Shown piece by piece: positions 61,412 through 64,000 of a DNA stretch of 64,000 nucleotides. The notes beneath the pieces are model-generated. The model searched no databases. It saw only the letters and a program-made list of their open reading frames with translations, and had not been told where the DNA came from. Position numbers and translations under genes: made by a program. The DNA is from Candidatus Omnitrophota bacterium (lineage in GTDB: Bacteria > Omnitrophota > Gorgyraeia > Gygaellales > Profunditerraquicolaceae), in assembly GCA_030650425.1 (NCBI GenBank), contig JAUSED010000008.1:196554-260553 (forward strand), given 5' to 3'. The first letter of the stretch is position 1; each line of letters opens with the position of its first letter.

Positions 61412-64000
61412 ATGGATAACTGGTGGCATTTAGATATTCAGGAGGTGGTTAAGAAACAAAGGACGGATCTCAATCAGGGCCTTTCTCTTCAGGAAGCCGG
61501 GATCAGGCTGGAGCAATACGGCCCAAATCAATTAAAAGAAGAGAAGGGGCGAACGCCAATAAGTATTTTCTTCGAGCAATTTCAGGATTTTATTGTCTGG
61601 GTTCTGATTGGCGCGGCATTGGTTTCGGGTTTCCTCAAAGAATGGATCGATGCTCTGGCGATTATCGCGATTGTCATTATCAATTCCATCCTGGGGTTTA
61701 TTCAGGAGTACCGCGCTGAGAAGTCATTAGCTGCTTTAAAAAAATTATCCTCTCCTAATTCCAAGGCCATCCGTGCCGGCCAGCTCAGCATCATTTCTTC
61801 AGTCGAATTAGTACCGGGTGATATCATTGAATTAGAATCCGGAGATAATATTCCGGCTGACTGCCGGCTCGTCTGGCTTACCTCCAATTTTTCGGTTCAG
61901 GAAGCAAGCCTTACCGGAGAATCCACCCCTGTTTTAAAAACAACACTTGCCTTGGAAGAAAAAGAAATCCCGCTTGCCGAGCGGGCAAATATAGCCTATT
62001 TGGGAACTTCGGTCGCTTCAGGTAAGGCCAAGGCATTAGTTGTGCAAACCGGCATGCAGACGGAGCTGGGAAAAATCGCCGGGATGGTGCAGGCAATCGA
62101 ACATGAGCCTACGCCTTTACAGAAAAAATTGGAAGAATTCGGCAAATGGATTGTATATTTATGTTTTGCTCTGGTAAGCTTGGTATTCCTCTTGGGATGG
62201 CTGCGCGGAGGCAAAATCGTAGATATGTTTTTAACCGCGGTGAGTTTAGCGGTCGCCGCTATCCCGGAAGGCCTGCCTGCCGTGGTCACCATTGCTTTAG
62301 CCTTAGGCGTACACCGGATGGTCAAGCGCCACGCGCTCATCCGCAAGCTGCCTTCTGTTGAGACCTTAGGCTGCGCGACGGTCATCTGTTCGGATAAAAC
62401 AGGCACGCTCACTAAAAATGAAATGACCGTGCAGAAATTATTTAGCGGAGGGAAGATCTTTGAGGTAACCGGTATCGGTTACGCGCCCAAGGGAGAGTTT
62501 TTATTGGAGAAAGAGCGCGTTAATATCGCTGATTATCCTGACGCGGGGAATCTGCTGCGTTACGGGGTGCTCTGTAATGGAGCCCAGTTGGTTGAAGATG
62601 CCGGCGGGGCTTATAAAATAGTCGGCGACCCTACAGAGGGGGCTCTTTTGACCGTTGCCGCTAAGGCCGGAATAACCAAAGAAATAGCCGAAAAAGAATT
62701 TTCTTTTGTGGACGAAATCCCTTTTGATGCTGAACGTAAAAAGATGACCGTAATCCGTAAGCACGCTGGCAGGATAATCGCGTTGGTCAAAGGCGCGCCG
62801 GATATGCTCTTAGGCGATTGCAGCAGGATTGAGGAGAACGGCGCTATGAGAAAATTAACCAGTCAGGATAAGGAGGGCATCCAAAAGATAAATAATGAAC
62901 TTGCGGGCGAGGCCTTGCGGGTGTTGGCTGTCGCTTATCGGGAGCTTGAAGAAGGCCCCCAGAGATATACCGCGGAGTTTGCCGAAAGAGATCTTATCTT
63001 CGCGGGTTTGGCCGCGATGATCGACCCGCCACGCGAAGAAGTAAAAAAGGCTATTGAGGAATGCAAGTCCGCCGGTATAAAAACGGTAATGATCACCGGA
63101 GACCATAAGAATACGGCAGTCGCGATAGCGCGGGCGTTAGGTTTTTTCAATGATCATTCTTTAGCGTTAAGCGGTGAAGAGCTGGATAAATTTAGCGATG
63201 AGGAGTTTTATCAGAAAGTAAAAACTATCTCGGTGTACGCGCGGGTTTCTCCCGAACATAAGTTAAGGGTGGTGCGCGCCTGGCGCAGGCATGGAGAAAT
63301 TGTGGCGATGACCGGTGACGGCGTGAATGACGCTCCGGCGGTGAAAGAGGCGGATATTGGCGTGGCCATGGGCATTACCGGTACGGACGTTACCAAAGAG
63401 GTATCGGATATGGTGGTCACCGACGATAACTTTGCCTCTATCGTTTCAGCTGTCGAAGAAGGCAGGGGAATCTATGACAATATAAGAAAATTCATTCATT
63501 ATCTTCTATCGTGCAATACCGGTGAAATACTGGTTATGTTTATTTCTTCTTTAATCGGGCTGCCGCTGCCGCTGCTTCCCATACATATCTTATGGGTTAA
63601 TTTAGTCACCGACGGCCTGCCCGCGCTGGCTTTGGGGGTAGATCCTGTTGACCCGCATATCATGCGGAGGCCGCCGCGCAAGTCCACTGAAGCAGTGATT
63701 ACTAAAGAGAGGGCATTTTTAATGCTCGCCCAAGGTTTCTTTATCGCCTTCTGTAGTTTACTGGCGTTTGTTTTTGTCCTCTTCATAGAAAAAGAAGGGA
63801 TTACCCGCGCCAGGACCGCGGCATTCATCGTGCTTGCCTGCGCGCAGTTATTTCATTCCTTTAACTGCAGAAGTATGACCGAATCTTTATTTAAATTAGG
63901 GGTCTTGACCAATAAGAAACTGGTTCTGGCGGTTTGCCTCTCCTTTCTTTTACAGATGCTGGTAGTATATGCGCCATTCCTGCAGAAAGTGTTTAAGACC
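61412..64000 (+). CDS. P-type cation-transporting ATPase (type IIA, Ca2+/Mg2+-ATPase-like); the 3' end runs off the window
   Basis: GAGTGAGGAA RBS, then ATG 61412. TGES (LTGESTPV), phosphorylation site CSDKTGTLT, KGAPD, TGDHKNTA and MTGDGVNDAPA motifs. No stop before nt 64000. Confidence 0.85.
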   Translation, partial: MDNWWHLDIQEVVKKQRTDLNQGLSLQEAGIRLEQYGPNQLKEEKGRTPISIFFEQFQDFIVWVLIGAALVSGFLKEWIDALAIIAIVIINSILGFIQEYRAEKSLAALKKLSSPNSKAIRAGQLSIISSVELVPGDIIELESGDNIPADCRLVWLTSNFSVQEASLTGESTPVLKTTLALEEKEIPLAERANIAYLGTSVASGKAKALVVQTGMQTELGKIAGMVQAIEHEPTPLQKKLEEFGKWIVYLCFALVSLVFLLGWLRGGKIVDMFLTAVSLAVAAIPEGLPAVVTIALALGVHRMVKRHALIRKLPSVETLGCATVICSDKTGTLTKNEMTVQKLFSGGKIFEVTGIGYAPKGEFLLEKERVNIADYPDAGNLLRYGVLCNGAQLVEDAGGAYKIVGDPTEGALLTVAAKAGITKEIAEKEFSFVDEIPFDAERKKMTVIRKHAGRIIALVKGAPDMLLGDCSRIEENGAMRKLTSQDKEGIQKINNELAGEALRVLAVAYRELEEGPQRYTAEFAERDLIFAGLAAMIDPPREEVKKAIEECKSAGIKTVMITGDHKNTAVAIARALGFFNDHSLALSGEELDKFSDEEFYQKVKTISVYARVSPEHKLRVVRAWRRHGEIVAMTGDGVNDAPAVKEADIGVAMGITGTDVTKEVSDMVVTDDNFASIVSAVEEGRGIYDNIRKFIHYLLSCNTGEILVMFISSLIGLPLPLLPIHILWVNLVTDGLPALALGVDPVDPHIMRRPPRKSTEAVITKERAFLMLAQGFFIAFCSLLAFVFVLFIEKEGITRARTAAFIVLACAQLFHSFNCRSMTESLFKLGVLTNKKLVLAVCLSFLLQMLVVYAPFLQKVFKT

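Noticed and set aside
1-64000. CRISPR arrays, transposases, integrases, phage genes, toxin-antitoxin pairs
   Set aside because: No regularly spaced direct repeats, no DDE/tyrosine-recombinase motifs and no inverted terminal repeats flanking any segment. The only interspersed repeat found is the 86-bp gene-end fragment at 40028.

Overview
This 64-kb window of bacterial chromosome has moderate GC and no rRNA or tRNA genes, CRISPR arrays, transposases or integrases that I can see. All but one of the roughly 63 predicted genes lie on the + strand, which is an extreme co-directional arrangement.

Gene content, in order:
- Two tandem GalT-like genes (the first partial, with its catalytic HPH motif degenerated), then GAPDH.
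- An ECF sigma factor, a zinc-finger (ZAS-type) anti-sigma protein and a membrane-anchored CHAT-protease/TPR protein in one tight operon.
- A structured 690-bp intergenic region with two paralogous promoter-like elements, a 33-aa basic mini-ORF and a candidate sRNA.
- A BNR-type beta-propeller, an alpha/beta hydrolase and an acyl-AMP ligase/ACP/lysophospholipid-acyltransferase tri-domain fusion.
- A PAS histidine kinase and FixJ-like response regulator, then a five-gene surface cluster that looks like an atypical archaic (SCPU/Csu-like) chaperone-usher pilus locus.
- A second regulatory island: a chimeric response regulator with a GC-rich 5' half, a second FixJ-like paralog, an autotransporter, a secreted tandem-domain protein and a CheY-like receiver.
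- A patatin lipoprotein, a GtrA-fused glycoside hydrolase, a truncated paralog of the acyltransferase fusion, and a GT4 glycosyltransferase.
- A PAS/PAS histidine kinase with two response regulators (candidate phosphorelay).
- Central-metabolism and housekeeping genes: trxA, split pta + ackA, panD, def, lipA, trxB, GTP-PEPCK, purC, an ACR3 arsenite carrier.
- A complete Pho regulon (phoBR, pstSCAB1B2, phoU) in which the two PstB copies carry complementary degenerate ATPase motifs.
- The 5' part of a P-type cation ATPase.

A conserved ~50-nt sigma70-like promoter/operator element (TTGATT-16/17 nt-TATAAT preceded by cGATTATACcTAGGTACAA) recurs four times in front of the surface-protein genes, pointing to a co-regulated regulon.
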